Positions 52,971 to 55,166 of a stretch of DNA of 55,166 bases are shown one piece after another (the first letter of the stretch is position 1; every line of letters starts with the position of its first letter). Made by a program: the position numbers and the translations under genes. Origin of the DNA: a virus (lineage: Duplodnaviria; Caudoviricetes); IMG/VR virus record IMGVR_UViG_3300032954_000016, positions 1 to 55,166 of that record; one strand, written 5' to 3'. Under the pieces are notes generated by a model. That model was not told the origin of the DNA. It searched no databases and saw only the letters and a program-made list of their open reading frames with translations.

Positions 52971-54916
52971 CGGTCTCCTTTCACCTCAACCTCCAGCACA
53001 TCCGGCGGCGCGTCTTTGAAGTAGGCGCCCATCGGCTCCACGTCCACGAGGATGGCCTGGTCGAGTTTGTTTTGTTTTATCAGATCGTCGAGCCGGCACA
53101 GCAGCGCGACCTTGTTGGCGCGGTCCAGCCGCGAGAGCTCGTCGAGCACTACCAGCCGCAGCGGCGCCTTGGCGGCCAGCCCGACCGACAGCGCGCAGTA
53201 GAGCAGCGCCTTCTCGGTGCCGCTCATCGTCCGGTGGCTGGGCCCCTTCCCGCGCAGCACCACCTCGCCGTCCACGAACTCGACCGGCGCGGGCAGGATG
53301 CCGCCGCACAGGTCGTTGCATAGGTCGAGCAGCGGCCCGACCGACCGCTTGACGCACTCGGCCAGCAGGTCGCCGAGCAGGTCCCGGAGCGCCTGGCCGA
53401 CCTCGGCCTTGGCGTCCAGCTCCTCGGCCCTCTCCCTGGCCTGCTGCGCCTGCCGGGCGCTCGCGGCGTCGGCCACGGCCGCCCGGTGCGCCTCGTCGGC
53501 CTCGCCCAGCGCCTTCGCCGCGGCCTCCCGCCTCGCCTTGGCGGCGTTGTGCGCGTTCCCCGCGGCCATGGAGGCGGTCTCCAGCGCCGGGAGCCTGGAG
53601 TCGGCCTCCCGCGCCGGCGCGGCCCTGTCCTCGCGCTCCTTGAGCGCCGCTAGCTCGCGGTCCACCGCCGCCAGCCGATCGCGGTGGCTGCGGACGCCCT
53701 GCCGATGAAGCGCCTGGTCCTCCACGCGCTTGTCGGCCTCGCGCTTGGCCTTCAGCGCCGCGTCGTAGAGCGGCTTGAGCCTGGCGGCTTCGGCCTCCGC
53801 CGCGTCCCGGTCCTTGGTCAGTGACGCCAGTACGGCGTCCTTCCAACCCTTGGCCCTGGCCTTGCAGGTCGGGCAGCACTCCAGCCGGTCGAACTCTTCG
53901 ACGGCCCTGCGGGCGCGGTCCAGCGCCTGCTTGGCGGCTGCCAGCTTCGAGTTGGCGTCGGCCAGCGCCGCGGCCTCCCTGGTGTTCGACTCCTCAGGCC
54001 GCTCGACGTCCTCGCGCTGGAGCCACTCGGCCAGTTCGGCCCGCTCGGCCGCCAGCCTGGTGCGCGCCGACTGCTCTTGAGCCGTCAGCGGCGTGTAGCC
54101 GGCCGCCTGCGCCTTGGCCTGCTGGAACAGCCGCTCGGCCACGGTGAAGTCGTCGAACGCCGACCGCTCGGCGGCCACGGCCGCGGTGTGGTCCTCCATC
54201 GCCTTGCGCTTCCTGGCTTCCACCAGCCCGAGCGCGGGCGCGTCCTGCCGCAGCGCCGTCGTCCCCAACGCGGTCTGCCGCATGGTCTTCGCGGAGGCCT
54301 TCGCCTCCTTGGTGGTGGTAGCGACCTGCTCGACGAGAGCCTCCAACCACTCCTGCACCGTCAACTTGCAGTCGCCACCATCGAGGCCGGCGTCGCCCCA
54401 CGACTGGCGAACATTATCGGCAAGCTCGTTGACCGCCTTCTCGTGCGCCTCGGTGTGTGGGTCGCACTTGACGTTCTTGAGCGCGGCCACCACGACGTCC
54501 GGCCTGACCTTGTCCAGCGGCGGCGGCGGCAGGGCCTTGAACAGGAACCTGGTCCGCTCCCGGGCGCTCAGCTCCAGGAACTCGTTCGTGCAGAACAGCA
54601 GCGCGGGCGCCTCCAGCCCGCCCTCGAACGTGGTGGAGACCTTACCCTTCCTGTCCCGCGCCCACTCGGCGCCGGCGAACGATCCGTCGTCGGCCTCGCA
54701 CTGCACCGTCAGCGGGTTGCCCGACGCCAGCCCCTCGAACACGTCGCGTGGCGCCTCGAACGCGCCGGGCACCTTGTGCGTCAGGGCCAGGGCCAGCGCC
54801 TCGACGCGGGTGGATTTTCCAACAAAGTTTTTGCCGTGCAGCAGGGTCACGGCAGCCAGCGGCTGCTCGAATGATGAGCCCTTCAAACTAACAGCGGATA
54901 TACTGCGAAGTTTCAT
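52967..54916 (-). CDS. SMC/Rad50/SbcC-like coiled-coil ATPase
   Basis: GKNFVGKS Walker A, CPTC zinc hook, MSGTEK signature, VVLDE Walker B. Confidence 0.9.
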   Translation of the reverse strand: MKLRSISAVSLKGSSFEQPLAAVTLLHGKNFVGKSTRVEALALALTHKVPGAFEAPRDVFEGLASGNPLTVQCEADDGSFAGAEWARDRKGKVSTTFEGGLEAPALLFCTNEFLELSARERTRFLFKALPPPPLDKVRPDVVVAALKNVKCDPHTEAHEKAVNELADNVRQSWGDAGLDGGDCKLTVQEWLEALVEQVATTTKEAKASAKTMRQTALGTTALRQDAPALGLVEARKRKAMEDHTAAVAAERSAFDDFTVAERLFQQAKAQAAGYTPLTAQEQSARTRLAAERAELAEWLQREDVERPEESNTREAAALADANSKLAAAKQALDRARRAVEEFDRLECCPTCKARAKGWKDAVLASLTKDRDAAEAEAARLKPLYDAALKAKREADKRVEDQALHRQGVRSHRDRLAAVDRELAALKEREDRAAPAREADSRLPALETASMAAGNAHNAAKARREAAAKALGEADEAHRAAVADAASARQAQQARERAEELDAKAEVGQALRDLLGDLLAECVKRSVGPLLDLCNDLCGGILPAPVEFVDGEVVLRGKGPSHRTMSGTEKALLYCALSVGLAAKAPLRLVVLDELSRLDRANKVALLCRLDDLIKQNKLDQAILVDVEPMGAYFKDAPPDVLEVEVKGDR

Positions 54917-54956
54917 GTTTCCTTTCGGTTGTCGGTTTCAGTTTCCAGCGGGCGGA

Positions 54957-54985
54957 ATGGTAGCGTACGCCGCACGCCGGGTCAA
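54957..54985 (-). promoter_or_regulatory. sigma70-type promoter TTGACC-17-TACCAT
   Basis: Hexamers, 17-bp spacer, A-tract. Confidence 0.8.
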
Positions 54986-55166
54986 TGTTGTTTTTGAAAT
55001 GATTCGTTCACCATATCGGCGAAGTGGTCGCGTGACTTTTTAATGAAGGCATCCCGCGCAGCAGCCCGCGCAGCAGCCCGCGCAGCATCCCACGCAGCAT
55101 CCAGCGCAGCATCCCACGCAGCATCCAGCGCAGCAGCCCGCGCAGCAGCCCGCGCAGCAGCCCGCG
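54982..55166 (-). CDS. 3' part of junction-spanning AARA-repeat protein
   Basis: ...AARDAFIKKSRDHFADMVNESFQKQH-stop. Confidence 0.85.
   Translation of the reverse strand, partial: RAAARAAARAAALDAAWDAALDAAWDAARAAARAAARDAFIKKSRDHFADMVNESFQKQH
55049..55166. repeat. 12-bp-unit tandem repeat; right half of circular junction
   Basis: Last 55 nt identical to first 55 nt. Confidence 0.95.

Noticed and set aside
38740-54900. Isolated CTAAC/GTTAG motifs outside the array (e.g. ~38750, 38876, 45863, 48482, 54888)
   Set aside because: No paired L boxes or partner core at attC spacing
503-55043. Numerous long plus-strand and alternate-frame ORFs (e.g. 3290-5992, 21578-23302, 26051-27727, 29427-31085)
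   Set aside because: Arg/Gly/Pro-rich shadow ORFs of high-GC minus-strand genes, with no motifs or RBS
1-55166. Integrase, transposase or repressor (Mu-like head genes might imply a transposable phage)
   Set aside because: No recognisable R-H-R-Y, serine recombinase, DDE or CI/S24 motifs by eye; an HMM search is needed to be definitive

Overview
Apparently complete, circular ~55.1 kb genome of a GC-rich tailed dsDNA phage. Bases 1-55 are identical to 55112-55166, and one gene runs across that junction. Essentially all real genes are on the minus strand. In transcription order they are: SMC/SbcC-like ATPase, J-domain protein, UvrD helicase, HTH replication initiator with internal iterons, DnaB, SSB, KH-domain, HNH, RusA-like, TOPRIM and DNA methyltransferase genes; a 5.35 kb low-GC array; TerS/TerL; Mu-like portal and protease, P22-like capsid, head-completion and tail genes; then a block of signal-peptide and membrane proteins, a short tape measure-like gene and tail-tip genes. 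I found no integrase, repressor, DNA polymerase, tRNA or CRISPR array. The host is inferred, not proven, to be a PVC/Verrucomicrobia-type diderm. Main finding: 31518-36868 is an array of 14 integron attC-like sites delimiting 13 cassettes. Each site's left core (R'') is complementary over 8-13 bp to the right core (R') of the previous site, usually better than to its own, which is the footprint of real cassette recombination. The ORFs lie on the attC bottom strand, opposite to canonical integrons, and often start or stop inside the attC. No IntI is encoded. This points to a phage-borne shuffling cassette array that probably borrows the host integron integrase. All product calls are from motif recognition by eye; no database search was run.
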